Of a DNA stretch of 64,000 nt, positions 49,538 through 62,975 are shown piece after piece (position 1 is the first letter of the stretch; each line of letters begins with the position of its first letter). Below the pieces are notes generated by a model. It worked only from the letters and a program-made list of their open reading frames with translations, made no database searches and was not told the origin of the DNA. A program made the position numbers and the translations under genes. The stretch is from Lepidodermella squamata (Eukaryota; Animalia; Gastrotricha): positions 1,612,001-1,676,000 of the forward strand of contig JBLDXI010000011.1 of the NCBI GenBank assembly GCA_047495785.1. Reading direction: 5' to 3'.

Positions 49538-52500
49538 TTAACCGCCAAATCTAACACCAGCAATGCTCCGAAAAACCCGAAAAAACCTGAAAAATGGATG
49601 CCAAGCCACTTAAAGCTGAAAACCACGTTGACCAACCTAAAAGTAATGGTAACTAAGAAATATACAGTTTGGTCTACAAGAAAACCATGAGAAAGATTGT
49701 TCTCACCAGATTATTTCATGAAATTGGCTATCCTTAAGGTTGCTGATCTGACTCAATGATGATGTCTAACCAGAGTGTGTAGGGCAGACGAAAGTCGATC
49801 CTGCGCTCGAATTACGGCGGCAACACTAGCTTTTTCCTGCTTTGTCGTCATATTGATATAGCCTCCAAGCAAAATCACCCAATTTTACCCATATCTGACC
49901 GTTGATTATTTCCCATCATCAATAAATGTTCCGATAAACCCGAAAAACTCCATTTTAACGTCTAAATGCATCCTAAGACATAAAACGTGAAATACATTGT
50001 GGAACCACTGGTAAGTTGAACCTTGGCGCGCACGCTGATTGGTCAATTTATCGTTGCTAATGACGAATTTCCGTCGTGCAATAAATTATTTTATATTTAT
50101 GAAAAAAATGACCTTGCCACACCCTCTGCCCGGTTTCCATTGACCACGAGCGTAAACTCCATATTAATTGTGGTAAATTGCTGCGGCAAAAAACACTTGT
50201 TGCAAAAAATCTTATGGATCGCACGACAGAACGTTTCATCCGGGAGTCATAGCAACGATCGATTGACCAAACCGCGTGCGCATTGGATTTGACTTTTAAG
50301 TGGTCACACAATGTACCGCGGTGACCCCCCAAAAAGACTTGGTAACTAAGAAATGGATGTGGCTATTCGGACACAAAATTGTGTGTCACGCAATGGCTAT
50401 TCGAACACAGTGTGTGTGCGTGACTGGCTACTCGAACACAAGTGGGCGTGAAGTGGTGTGTGCGCGCATTCGGCTATTTGAACACAGCATCTCAAGTCAC
50501 CTGCTAATCACCGAAATCCGGATTTTAACAACTTTTTGTTAGTCCGGAAAATGCTAAAACTGCGAAAATTCGAAATACCAGCATAACGGGAAAATACCCG
50601 GTCCAAAATTCGAGCGCACATTAGAATCAGCAATAAAGGCGATAAAGCAGTAAAGCAATAAAGCAATAAAGGCCGCTCTCTTTGACTTTGGGTCGCGGCC
50701 ATCGAGTCTGGCAGAAATTCCGATATAAGGCTGCTGCGCGGCGTGATTGCAACTGATAATTAGCGATTTGATAGCTCGAATTTGACTCCGCCGGACGTCA
50801 TCTTTCGGTTTGATTTCAATATGGCTTGCCGGCGGTCTTAAAAGCGCGCGGCGAGGTGAGACCCCTTGATACCATTGGAGGCGCGGGCAGTGAGGATAGG
50901 TTTAAAATCAAGAATACATGACACTAGCAGGGATAGTCTTTGAAATTAAGCTAAAAACGCTAAATCCGTCTTAAATCCGGTCAATTACCGTCTTTTCGCT
51001 AGCCTATTACCGTTATTCCTCGACTTCGAGGGGTGTGTTCGAATAGCCACTTTCGCGCACACCCCGCTGTGTTCAAGTACCCAATCACGCATACACAGTG
51101 TGTTCAAATAGCGAAAAGCGCGCACACAATGTGTTCGAATAGCCATTGCGTGACACACATTTCGCTGTGTCCGAATAGCCTCGTCCCTAAGAAATGTACA
51201 CTCTATTCTACAAGAAAACAATGAGTAACAATGCTAATTAAGCAGATTTTATGACGTGGACCATGTTGAAGGGTGTTCATCTGACCAGAAGATGAGATCA
51301 AACAGCAGATATGGCAGAAGGAAGTCAAGCCTGCTCACGATAAAGTATGGCAACACCGACTTTTTCTTGTTTCATTGTCAAAGTATTTCTGTCTCCTAGT
51401 GAATTCACTCATTTGAGCCCCCATTTGACCGCTGAATTGTTTGCTAACATTGTAAATGTTCCGAATATCCCGAAAAACTCCAAGTATCGACAGAATGCAT
51501 CCAGATTAAGGCGGTGAAAACAATTTAACCGCTTTTATTTTATAATCAAGTTCAGCTTAATTTTGGGTCCAGTTTTTCTGCGCTTTCAATTGCTTTTCGT
51601 TGAATTATTCGGCTATCGATTTGGGTGATTTTTGCTTATTACCTAAAACTAATTTTTAGCTAGGAGTTGAAGGCGAAATGTTTACATTCGGGTGAACAAA
51701 TCACAGCCTTTGCTCATTTTTTCAATTAGTGGTTTCACAGGATTTTGGATTTTTTTAGAAATTCCTATTTCAACTGAATTTGCAAATTAGGCTCTTTTAT
51801 TTGCGCCGTTCTGCATTATTATTATTAACCATGAATCCGTGAAGTCGACGGTTATTTTGTTTTGCACCGGCATTAATGCGACTCCCGCGCTTATTTTTGA
51901 ATCGACCAATAGCGTGCGAGCAAATCATTGTTAAAGAAAACTAGCATTTCACGGCTTTTTAGTGACCGGAGGAAACCACCGCGGATCCGTAAATGTGCAT
52001 CCATAGCAGCAGCAAGTGAAAAACCGCGGTGACCCTCCGAAAAGTAACGGTAAATAAGTAGTATTTACTCTGTTTTACAAGAAAATAATGAGAGACAGTG
52101 TTTTTGACGGGTGATTTGAAGGCATGGACCTCGTTGAAGATGGTGATAATGAGATTTATGCTCTGAAAGACCGACTGGCTGTTAGGGCAGACGTGCTAAA
52201 AATAACCATCATCCTACAAAAAAAGCTGTGGTAATCTTGTAGAGAATACATTACTGTACTTAGAAACACTGTTTCCGCAAGGTATAACCGCACTTAAGTG
52301 AAAGTTTCCTGGGTTAAACGCTTAAGATCTGCGAAAAACGGCATAAAAAGGGCTTGTTTAGGCTTAGCGCATATGTATAATTGAGCCATATTTAGAAAAA
52401 ATGACGCCGGCTGCCTTATTAAATGCTTGAAATGCTATCAGACAAACACTAACAAAGGTGTCGTCACCGGTGATAAAATGCGGAATTACGGGGATGAAGT

Positions 52501-53495
52501 TTCATTGAAGTTTAGCCAGTCGGTGTTTCAGAGCATAAATCTCATTATCACCATCTTCAACGAGGTCCATGCCTTCAAATCACCCGTCAAAAACACTGTC
52601 TCTCATTATTTTCTTGTAAAACAGAGTAAATACTACTTAGTTACCGTGACTTTTTGGGGGGTCACCGCGGTTTTTCACTTGCTGCTGCTATGGATGCATG
52701 CTGTCGATAAAATGGGGTTTTTCGGGATATTCGGAACATTTACAATGTTAGCAAACAATTCAGCGGTCAAATGGGGGCTCAAATGAGTGAATTCACTAGG
52801 AGACATAAATACTTTGACAATGAAACAAGAAAAAGTCGGTGTTGCCATACTTTATCGTGAGCAGGCTTGACTTCCTTCTGCCATGCCTGTTGTGTTAGAT
52901 CTCATCTTCTGGTCAGATAAACAATCTTCAAGATGGTCCACTTCATGAAATCTGCTTAATTAGCATTGTTACTCATTGTTTTCTTGTAGAATAGAGTGTA
53001 CATTTCTTAGTTACCATGTCTTTTTGGGGGGGTTACCGCGGTATTTCACGTTTTATGTCTTAAGATGCATTTAGACGTTAAAATGGAGTTTTTCGGGTTT
53101 ATCGGAACATTTATTGATGATGGGAAATAATCAACGGTCAGATATGGGTAAAATTGGGTGATTTTGCTTGGAGGCTATATCAATATGACGACAAAGCAGG
53201 AAAAAGCTAGTGTTGCCGCCGTAATTCGAGCGCAGGATCGACTTTCGTCTGCCCTACACACTCTGGTTAGACATCATCATTGAGTCAGATCAGCAACCTT
53301 AAGGATAGCCAATTTCATGAAATAATCTGGTGAGAACAATCTTTCTCATGGTTTTCTTGTAGACCAAACTGTATATTTCTTAGTTACCATTACTTTTAGG
53401 TTGGTCAACGTGGTTTTCAGCTTTAAGTGGCTTGACATGCATTTTTCGGGTTTTTCGGAACATTGTTGGTGTTAGCAAATAATTTAGCGGTTAAA
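49538..53495. repeat. Large interrupted palindrome built from a diverged ~340-bp monomer
   Basis: Near-identical inverted pairs in nested order: ~49540-49995/53040-53495, ~51187-51480/52710-53010, ~51995-52170/52535-52700. Confidence 0.85.
50355..51186. mobile_element. MULE-type MITE (832 bp) with a 9-bp TSD
   Basis: CTAAGAAAT at 50346-50354 and 51187-51195; TIR GGA.G.GGCTATTCGGACAC with GCTATTCGAACAC sub-repeats. The empty site is present in the mirror arm at ~53000-53015. Confidence 0.88.
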
Positions 53496-56129
53496 TTTTG
53501 GCCAACATAAGTGAATTTGCTAAGAGAAGATGTCAGTTTGACAATAAAGCAGAAAAATGCTGGTGCTGCCGCCCTAACTCGAGCGCTGGGTCGGCTTTCT
53601 GATACCATACCATCCTTGTTAGAGGACGTTTCAACGCGTTGTAGCCGCATTTCTTCGTCATTTGTGCGGTCATAAGAGGTCCATGCATGAATTTTACACA
53701 TTATTTGAATACATAGCTATAGTCGGGCTAAAATTCTGCAAGTGACGTACTGTTGACGCTTTACAGTCACTGCTATTTGTTTCAAGCGGCCGCATTAGGT
53801 CTGGAATCGTTTTTTTCGCTATGGATACTTACTCTTCTGATTCTCCGGGAAATTCAGCGGACCGGACGCGTTATATTATTGCTATTTATTGCGTCGTAAA
53901 GTTACATCAATCAAATATCAAATAATTTTACCAGTAGAAATATTTACAAGAAAGTATCTATGCGAGCATGCCGGACTGGTAGGACATTTAGGACGTGTTG
54001 AAACCGATATCACAAGGATGCATATCAAAAGACAAAGACCGGCGCGGTGCTGAACTTGTTTTTTAACCGCAGTCACACAAACAGTTACACCCGCCCGCAA
54101 CTGCGGTTACCGCAGGGAAATGGATGACAGGACACAGGCATCCTCAGGGAATATTCTGGCCGCCGCCCCGCGCCGCTGCAAACGAGTGAACAATATCTAA
54201 ATTAGATCTCGGTTATCAGTGTCTAAGCGTTGTCTCAGTCATCGGCTGTCCTCAAATCTTCGGCGGATCCAGTGATATCAATGAATTTTTCGCCGAAAAT
54301 GATGCTAAATTCTCACTCTTAACGACTCACGCCGCGCGCCGGATGCTGCCAATTATGTTAAAGTTTAGATGACATTTTGTTAAACACTCAACTTGATCTG
54401 AATGGTGGTGCAAATAAACGGCTGTTCCTAGCCAAGCGATGTTGATTTTCCATGCTATGGATACTAAAGATGCATTATGAGTAAAGGAAATGCTAAGCGC
54501 TCTCTTTACTTAAAAGCCATCTTGCTAAGGAATTAGCAAGACATTCTTAGCATGATGACTTCCACGTAAGGACGCGGTGTCACTGGTATGCTTGGTATGA
54601 ATGGCTTACTCAACAATCCTTACTGAGACTTCGCCGCTTCAGACTGAGCCATCTAAGGATCTGATCTCAGACCTGTGCACCTTAAATGACGCGGCGTAGA
54701 GTGGGTGTCCATAGTTATGATGATTAGGACGGCAGTCCTTACTTAGACCAAGCTATGCTCATTGGTGAACCCCTATCCTTAGTAAGGAACATGACAACGT
54801 CACGAACAGAGTAAACGAAATAAATTTAGCTGCTAAATCATTATAATCGAAAATACCTAGCATTTTCTTTTTGATATTACCATGTTCTGCGAGACAGTTT
54901 CGATGATAACGGTGGTAAGTCATTTGAGATCAGCTTTGACTAGTCGGGAGGAGTTAACTACGGCATCACTGCGGACGACGTATCACAACATCAGAATGAG
55001 AGGTTATCAAATGTAAAGAAGGAAGGAAAAGTGTCTTCCGCATCAGCAACATCCATGCAATTAAATTAGACATGTTTTCGCCCGGCTTTCCGTCTATTTA
55101 CATGATACCAATGCCCTTTTCATCGTGAAACAGCTGGTTGCATTGCATTTCGTCCATAAAAGGGTGCGTTTCTCTGATCCGCAGACTCAAACTTGAGCAA
55201 CAATTTATCAAGGCCGCTTGATATATCGTGAACATTCTCAATGACAGCAGAAAACCACGTTGCACCGCCGTTATTTTGATCCCAGCGGTGAATTTCAACG
55301 GCAAGGAAGCGCAATTTAAGGCTCATTTTACCGATTTTGGGTATAGCACATCGCGATAACTGAGATAGAATAAGAAAAAAGGACGCGGCAGTTGCATTCA
55401 GCTCGCTTTACTTACTAGAAATTTGTCAGGCATGGAGCTTCGCGCTTGCAGACTATCTTTAGAACTGGATTAGAAAACCCGGATTTCAGGCGTTTTAACG
55501 GATAACATTTGAAAACCGACGCGTCGACGTGGTTACGCGCGCTAAAATTCAAGGGCATTTTGCAATTGGAAATAAAATTTAAAAATAAAATTAATATTGT
55601 TTAAAAATTATTTTAGTAAAATTATTTTCGTAAATTAGCCGGCAGATTTATTTTTCGCGACTACGGCAGGATGTTCGGTTTTAAAAAGAACACCCTGTAG
55701 AAGAATCTATTAGAACAGAGTTATATCAAACCAGTAGTTTGATCAACTCGAATAACATATAGAGAATTAATTCTGGTATTTTGATACTTTATTGTGACCT
55801 ACGTCGATTGTGACGTATCGATTGCGCCATGGAAATGAGCCATCATTTCTATTGCGTATTGATTGCGCATTATCTTTGAATCGATCGGTGGATGAATTCC
55901 TATTGCGTATTTCGGGATTCTAATTTGTAGTAGCGCATTGCTGTTGCGCACGGAGGTTCCTTGTAACTAATTTCTGGTGTTCGAGCGTTGGTGGCTTGAA
56001 ACTGGTAACTGATATTTAAAATATGAATAAACCATCTGAAACATATTGGTGTTGAGTGTTTAATCCGATGACACCTTCCGCGTAACTTTACGTTTCGTCC
56101 CGAAATGATGGCGATTTTCAATAACGCGT

Positions 56130-56425
56130 TGTGACGACAGTGTATTATATTGGTTATTTCATAGCTAACTGAAATACAAATTTTAGAATTTAATTTAGTT
56201 CAAGGTTAATTGAGTTCCTTGGTTCTCGGACTCTTCTCTTTCTTGCTTTCGGCTTTTAGCTCGCTTCACGAGTAAAATAATTAATTAACGATTGCTAACT
56301 AATTGCTCTCCTGTTTAGATTGTTATATCTCACTGTTATTTTCTTATCGTTCGATTCCGGTGCAGTCGAGCAGTATCTGACCACGGAAGATAACAGATAA
56401 CCAGGGTAAAGTCTCAATCGTTACA
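56130..56425. repeat. Candidate LTR (296 bp) of the adjacent Gypsy relic
   Basis: Inverted termini TGTGACGAC...ATCGTTACA. No second copy, TSD or convincing polypurine tract was found in the window. Confidence 0.45.
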
Positions 56426-57656
56426 ATTTTTGGCAAAAATTCCAGAATCCTGCGGCGAGAAACAAAATTTATTTGATAAAACAATTTTTAAAATATTTTT
56501 AAAATATTTTTAAAAATTATTTCAGCATCAATAATTATCAAAATGTATTTTTCCTTCACATGTCTCAGGAGTTTTCGAGAAAACGTTTCAGGTCCTTTGT
56601 TATGATTGTTTGCCTAGATGATCAGCGGGCTCGTCCCAAGGATAGATCCCGTTGCTAGCAGCTGTTTCTTTAGCAAGAGTTCTCCTCAGCTGGATGGCTT
56701 CTTCATCTTCTTGTTGCCTTTCTTCGCGCGATATGTATTTTGATCTCAGCGGAATACTTTCCTGGTAAAATTGATCGTATGGAGTCGGCCTTTTTGTCTG
56801 GTTCATACGGACTCGTTCTTCCGGTGTGGCCTCTTGATCTTCGCGAGCATAACGGCAACGCCGTAATTCCCTTCCGGACGGTGACAACTCTTTCTTCGAT
56901 CCCTTCGCAGCCATGATGATAACTTTTTAAAATTCCAAGATTATAGAACTTAAGTTATTAATTTTTGCTTTCTTCTTTATTGTTTTTAGGATCTAGATTT
57001 GTTAGAGCAGCCAAGGCCGAGCTTATAATTTAATGAGTTGGCTTCGTCGGGTGGCTTGTTGGTGCTAACATTGCTGTCATTGTTGGTTGTAGGATCGAGG
57101 AGCATCGAAGTTTATCTGGATATGATGGGAGCAATTTATTCCTCCATCATTGGTGACCCGTTGGTCAACGTTTCCTCGGATGTTGAAGGCGTTGTGTTTG
57201 GCGAGATGGTATCTAATACGAGTAAGATTAGCTCGAATGACGTCTCGAGAAATATAAGGATCGTTGGTATGATCCTTGTTCCTATCGGGCTCACTGGGCG
57301 GCGTCGTAGCCGACCGGGTTGAAGTGATTGACCCTCGCAAGGATTTCTCCAAACCGTTGTTGGTTGGCTGAATAGGGCTGCGGCGTGATTTTGCAGAGCC
57401 ATTCGTAAGTTTTAAATGAGGTGTTATAGTTCTAGTTAAATAAGTCGAGGACATAAGGCTAGGCTTAATGTATTTATTACACCTTAGTTATTTTCTTTTC
57501 ATGCAAGGATGTAAGAGTAATATTGTTTCCAGTAGTTGACTAGTATTGCATAACAAGGCATTATTTAACAATCGGTTGTTAGCAATGTTCATTTTTGTTT
57601 TAGGAATACGATTTTACTGGTTGCTGCCGTTCTCGAGTCCGGAGTAAGCTGCTGGT

Positions 57657-58076
57657 TTATGGGTCGGCAGGCGGCTGTCGCTGCTCTGGGGCGACGACGG
57701 CGAGCAATCGCTGCGACCCGCGCTGGCTGTTTTGTTCGCTAGGCTCTCTCCCGAAGAGGTCATAACAGCACCGGGCGACTTCCTCCACCCCGAATGTATC
57801 TCTCAATTGTGCGAGGACGTTGCGGTTCTTGACGACTTCTTCAAGGCAAGTGAAGATTTCTGGGCCAAATTGGCTGACGTTGGCTGGGCGGTGCAGGGCT
57901 TCGACCATCAAGTGGAAATTGGCTTGATCTGCCAGCGCCCGCCACCAGACCCAGAACTCGTCGGGCCGTCCTTCCTCGAAGTCGAAGAGCGACGTGAACA
58001 AGATGTCAAGAGTTTCGGGTATACAGTTGTGGCAATACTGATAATTGGTGGCAAACCGGGCCTCGCGGGGCGACAT
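57657..58076 (-). CDS. Uninterrupted 139-aa ORF of unknown function between the Gypsy integrase and the candidate LTR
   Basis: ATG start, GC-rich coding-like composition, globular-looking sequence (YCHNC, EFWVWWRALAD), same strand as pol. Confidence 0.4.
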   Translation of the reverse strand: MSPREARFATNYQYCHNCIPETLDILFTSLFDFEEGRPDEFWVWWRALADQANFHLMVEALHRPANVSQFGPEIFTCLEEVVKNRNVLAQLRDTFGVEEVARCCYDLFGREPSEQNSQRGSQRLLAVVAPEQRQPPADP

Positions 58077-58739
58077 GAAGTTGTAATGGGTACGTTATTT
58101 AAAGTTTGTAACCTGTAGCGCTAGGGCTAGCTTGTTGCTCTTGTCACGCGCTTAGATTACTGCGCGTTTCTGCAAATGCAAGCAAGTTCACCGATGAGGC
58201 GATAGTAAATGCACTGGTCTATTTCCAAGTCGATTTCGTATATGTCTGAGCATTGAACTACTAGCTCTTTATATAGTGCCACTCCGCATTTTTCAAACGT
58301 TTCGCAGCGAAGTTCTAGAACAGTGGTTTCGCAGCGACTCGTTACTGTTTTCATTGGCTGATGCCCTGGAATACCGTTGGTGTTTTTGTCGGTTAACACC
58401 TCGGCACAGGGCGCGGTTGCGCTCGTTACGTTGCGCGCCTCAGTATTATTGCCCGCGTGTTCATTAGCGACTGCGCACGGCGCCTATTGCGTTTCATTTA
58501 TTGATGTGCGCGCGGGCTCGGCGGCGATCGGTATTTCCTGTTTTAGCGCTTCCAAACCGCTTACAGTTTTATAAATCAGAAATGCGGTCGTCGTGACCAT
58601 TGCGCTGACCAACGCTTGCAGCACGTTCTTTCCGAAAGCGATGTAGTTACACAGAGTCGCGTTGGTGAATACGGTTTCTGTAATTTCATCCTTACGTAGT
58701 TTATGCGCTCCGGCTTTTGAGCTGTCGATTCCTTATTCA

Positions 58740-60400
58740 ATCAAAAAGAAAAGGTTGCTCGTAAACGCTCTCCCCGGGAAATTTCAAGACGTCTTGCTAG
58801 CGAGTTTTCTTTTTTTGTTTGAATATCTCTCCCTCCTTTTCTGGCTACTTGTCCGATTTCTGGTACATGGATTTGTTTATGCGCGGTTCCTTGTAACAGT
58901 TTCCCAGTTTGGCTGCTCTTGCCGGTAACTCTCTGTGTGTGATGCTGCTTCCGCTCATTTTCCACGTGATCCCTGTTTCTGCAGAGCTTGGTTCTGAGGC
59001 CTTTATGGTGTTTGGTGGCGTGATGTTGGGCAGGATCCTGCTTGCTGCCTCACTGTATGTCATGTATTGCGTATTCTGTATCGGTGTTATGGTTTGGCAG
59101 ACTAGGCGCTGGCGCCTCATTGTTCCATTGTTCTGTTTCGTACTCGTCTGCGGGTAAAAATTGCAATGTGCGGCTTTTGTTTTGTAACGTGGTTTGCGTT
59201 GTGCTGCGCGTGTTGCGCTGTTGCTGCTGCGCTATCTCGAATTCCGTCATTTTGTCTAGTTGAGTAGGCACATCGCCATAGTATTCTTTTAAGCGATTGC
59301 GATGTACTACTTTTTCCTTGCCGCTACCGTTAAATAGTCGTATCACGTAGTTGAGCGCTCCGTAGCGCGCTACAACCGTGTGAGGACCGCGCAGACATGG
59401 AATTTCGGAGACTGCCCTCTTTTTACCACAGGGTTATGTAGCCACACCAGCTCGCCTTCTTGAAAAGGCTCGCAGTTATTGCTGCCTTGATCGCATTTGC
59501 GCTTTTGGCGTGCGCGCGCTTGCGCTAGTTTTTGCCGTGTTTCCTTGAATGCGGTGCGTAACCGCGTGTAGACTTTTTGCGCGTACTCACTACGGTTTCG
59601 GATTTCATGACTGAATGCTGGCTCTTGAATGGCTACGACTATTGGGAGCTTTGCATGCCGGCCAGTCATCAGATAGAATGAAGCGTAAGATGTAGAGTCA
59701 TGCGTGCTGGTGTTATAAGCGAACAGCGCTGATTTAAGGTATACTTAGACATCCCAATCGAACTGAGTAGCAGGAGTGAGGTATTTGGCTATGATATCCT
59801 GCACAGTTTTGTTCATGCGCTCGCAAAACCCATTACTCATGGCATGGTATGGTGTGGTGTGTACATGTTTAGTACCCAGGATTGTGCAGATATCGTTTAT
59901 TAGCTTGGCTTCGAAATTTCGACCATTGTCATTTAACAAAATTTGACTGCGTCCACACTTAAAAACGAAGTCGAGCAAAAAATCGGCCACTGATTCGGCT
60001 GTAATATTTTTAAGCGGATATCCCTCAATATATTTTGTGAAGTGGTCGCCTAGTAGCTGAATATAATTGTTGCCTTTCTTTGTTGTAGGTTGAATTGGAC
60101 CCGTTACGTCCCATGCGACGAGTGCCATGGGCTCCGTCGTATCAATTGGTTGCAGGGGAGCGACTGGGTGCGCATTTGGCGCTTTTCGTTGTTGGCAGTC
60201 GTGACACTTCCGGACGTAATCAGCAATTGTTTCTTCCATCTTTGGCCAGTAGAATCGTTGTCCTGCGTTCACATCGTTGTGCAAACTCTTCAAATCTCGA
60301 GCCTGTAGTGCTGGTGGTATACAAGGGCGGTTATCGTTGCCGAGTGTTACTATTACATAATCTTCCCGCATGTGGTGCGTGACAGGGCGGTTGAATGAGT
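58740..60400 (-). mobile_element. Ty3/Gypsy pol remnant (integrase zinc-binding, core and C-terminal domains), 5'-truncated
   Basis: LH...RFYWPKM..YVRKCHDCQ; WDVTGP, DHFTKY, NDNGRNF, PYHAMSNGFCERMNKTV; FQEGELVWL, VVHRNRLKEY; stops and frameshifts present. Confidence 0.9.
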
Positions 60401-60502
60401 GCGGGATAATCTCCCGCACAATCCCGCAGCTAATCCTGCACCATCCCGCTGTAATGCGGGATCGATGCGTGATACAGTGTGTTATCGTCGCGCACTTATC
60501 CC

Positions 60503-60695
60503 GCACCACGTCGGCACGTTGGTTTTCAAATTTTAGCCGTTAAAACGCCTGAAATCAGGGTTTTCTAACCAATTTCTTAAGATAGTCAGCAAGCGCGCAG
60601 CTCCATGCCTGACAAATTTCAAGTCAGTAAAGCGAACTGAATGCAATAGCCGCGCCCTTTTTTCTTAATCTATCTCAGTTTTCGCATTGTGATAT
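60503..60695. mobile_element. Further fragment of the CAGGGTG-family arm
   Basis: Co-linear with ~48165-48360 (CGTTGGTTTT.AAATTTTAGCCGTTAAAACGCC.GAAATCAGGGT). Confidence 0.7.
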
Positions 60696-60989
60696 AACTC
60701 ACAGAAGATTAATTGGAACTGGAGATGGCGAAAACCGAAAGCTACGGCTGCACCTCGCTCGAGCAAATTGGCGCTTTTGTCTGATGAAGGATAGGTTGAA
60801 ATGCTTAGTCAAAAGGCCAACAATGTCTGGGAGCTGAAGCGTAAGGAAGACAACAAATGCCACCGGTAGAAGTTTGAAGTTTTTCGCTGTCACCTGATGA
60901 AGGCACTAGGCGGTGGAAATTCATCTATTCTGGGGGAAAAGAAACCGACTGCTACTCGTGAGAAAATGGCTGTCACTGCAGTGAAGCGA

Positions 60990-62122
60990 ATCGCTATCGA
61001 CGACGGTGTTCCCACCAAATTGATCAAACTGGATGCTCTAAGTGCTTGGTCCAACCCGTTCACGAATGCGATGAAGCCCAGCGAGAGTTTTTTGACGCGG
61101 GTATTTTGAACGGGCAACCGTACCCGAAACAGTGGAAAACCGCCTTCCGGTTCTTCAAACCGGTCTTCAAGCAGGGAGACTCGAATGACCCGAACAACTA
61201 CCGACCGATATCATTGCAACCTTGCAACGTTGCAGAAGTTTTCTCGAAGATTCTGGATGTTCGGTTGAGAGAATGGCTCAGTCTGTTTTCGAAATTGCAA
61301 AAATGCCAATTCGGATTCCAGGAGGGCTGCTCAACATTAAGCGCGGTAATGGTCCTGAACGCTGTTATGGCCTATTGGCACGAGCGTCACCCACGTGTAT
61401 ATGCAACTTTTGTCGACTTTACCTCGGCGTTCGATAAGATCAACCGCAACCCTTTGTCCAAGAAGCTCGATCGACGCGGCGTGCCGCTTCAATTCGTTGC
61501 TTCAATGTATGATGACACAAAAGCGGCTGTATCAGTGGGCGATCTCGGCTACCTTCGATTTTGTTTTGCTGTTGTTTTGCGTCTACATTGACGACATATA
61601 GGAAGCGCTGTGACATATAGTGCATATAGGCAGGCGTAGCTGGTTTGCCTCTCGGCATCGAGAGCGTGAGGTATTCTGTTCGCAGACGATGTGGCCATAC
61701 TGTCGGCCCATGGACACAAAATGGAGGGCTATTTGTATCGACTGCTAAATTACGAAACGGACAACAGACGGAAAACAAAGCACGTCATTTTCGGCGAACA
61801 AGAAGCTGAACCGAAACCGCCTTGGCGACGTCGAGCTGGAAAAGGTCAGTATTTTTAAATTCTCCGAAGATCTTTCCTTCAACGAGGCTATTGCCAAAGT
61901 AGACTGAAACTGCTGAGGCTTACCGGGCTCTTGCCAAGCTTATTTGGAAAATTTACGAGTTGCTGATTGCAAGTCTCAGACTACTGTATAATGGGGTCGT
62001 ACTGGCGGCTGGTCTTTACGCGCGGAGTTATGGGGCCTTGAGGCAATCAGCTATTCCGCCTATGCATTGCAGGGTGATCAAGAGAGCTCACCGACTGCCT
62101 ACATCTACCTGCCAAAGGTTGC

Positions 62123-62157
<35 letters not shown>

Positions 62158-62975
62158 ATGGTTGCCTGGCACGAATACGGAGAGAAAAAACTACGCGATT
62201 AGATTCTAGATTTCTATTTTCGAATGAGAGACGAATGGGAGAGACGATAGTCTGTTGCGAACAGCATACCTGACACAGCTGATGTCAATGTCACGAAGAA
62301 TGTACAACAAGGTACTTCGAGCGGAGTTGAAGTTAGGAAACATCGGACCAACCGGCCTGACGAAACCTGGTATTAACGCGGCCGCCGCGAAGGCTGTTTT
62401 CAGAAACATGTACACGGCAATCGCAAGAAAGGAGAACGAAGAGAACAAAGGCTCACAGTTGTGGCCGATTATCGCGCGAGGCTTCTCACGCCGAACGGTA
62501 TCTGTACGATTTGGGCCCGAAATTAGGCAGAATACTGTTACGTATAAGAACTGACTCGACTTTTGGTGTAAGTGTTTATGTGAACTAGCGGAGGGAAGAG
62601 AGGGTCATCTGCAAATGGTGCGGTGCTCCAGGCATCGAGCCTACGAATTGGCTGCTGCTTCAACATGCGATGTGCGAGTGCCCGAGAAACGAGGCAAAAT
62701 GGACGAAAGCCGATAGGGACCGGCTACTGTTCGGGCGTCCAATTCTGTACACAGGGCCAGCTACCTTGGAGAAAATCAATATTGCCTAGATATTATTTTA
62801 TTAGATCCGTCGTGTATTTTTCTAATTAATTTATTTATATTTCTAATTCTACTCCTTTGTGCCTTTTGGCCCGTGTAAAACATCGCTACAGCGGTGACTC
62901 AGGTGCTGAACTCTCAACTGATGCCCAAGCATATCGCCGGGCAACTGGCGACTGGGCTCATAAATCCATCCATCC
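60990..62975 (+). mobile_element. Degenerate LINE (non-LTR retrotransposon) RT and 3' region
   Basis: PKQWK..PVFKQGD..DPNNYRPISL, QFGF, FVDFTSAFDKINR, LLFCVYIDD, LFADD (~61675); frameshifted; (CATC)n tail at ~62965. Confidence 0.85.
62125..62155. repeat. (GA)n microsatellite
   Basis: About 15 GA units are visible directly. Confidence 0.9.

Larger units (their letters stand above)
47989..55697. mobile_element. 7.7-kb region bounded by Tc1/mariner-type termini (TA|CAGGGTG...CACCCTG|TA) with ~800-bp diverged inverted arms; no transposase
   Basis: CAGGGTGTTCTTTTTAAAACCGAACATCCTGCCGTAGTCGCGAAAAATAAATCTGCCGGCTA is exactly inverted at ~55636-55697. Similarity continues over ~47989-48800 vs ~54925-55697, with TA at both ends. 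Confidence 0.72.
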
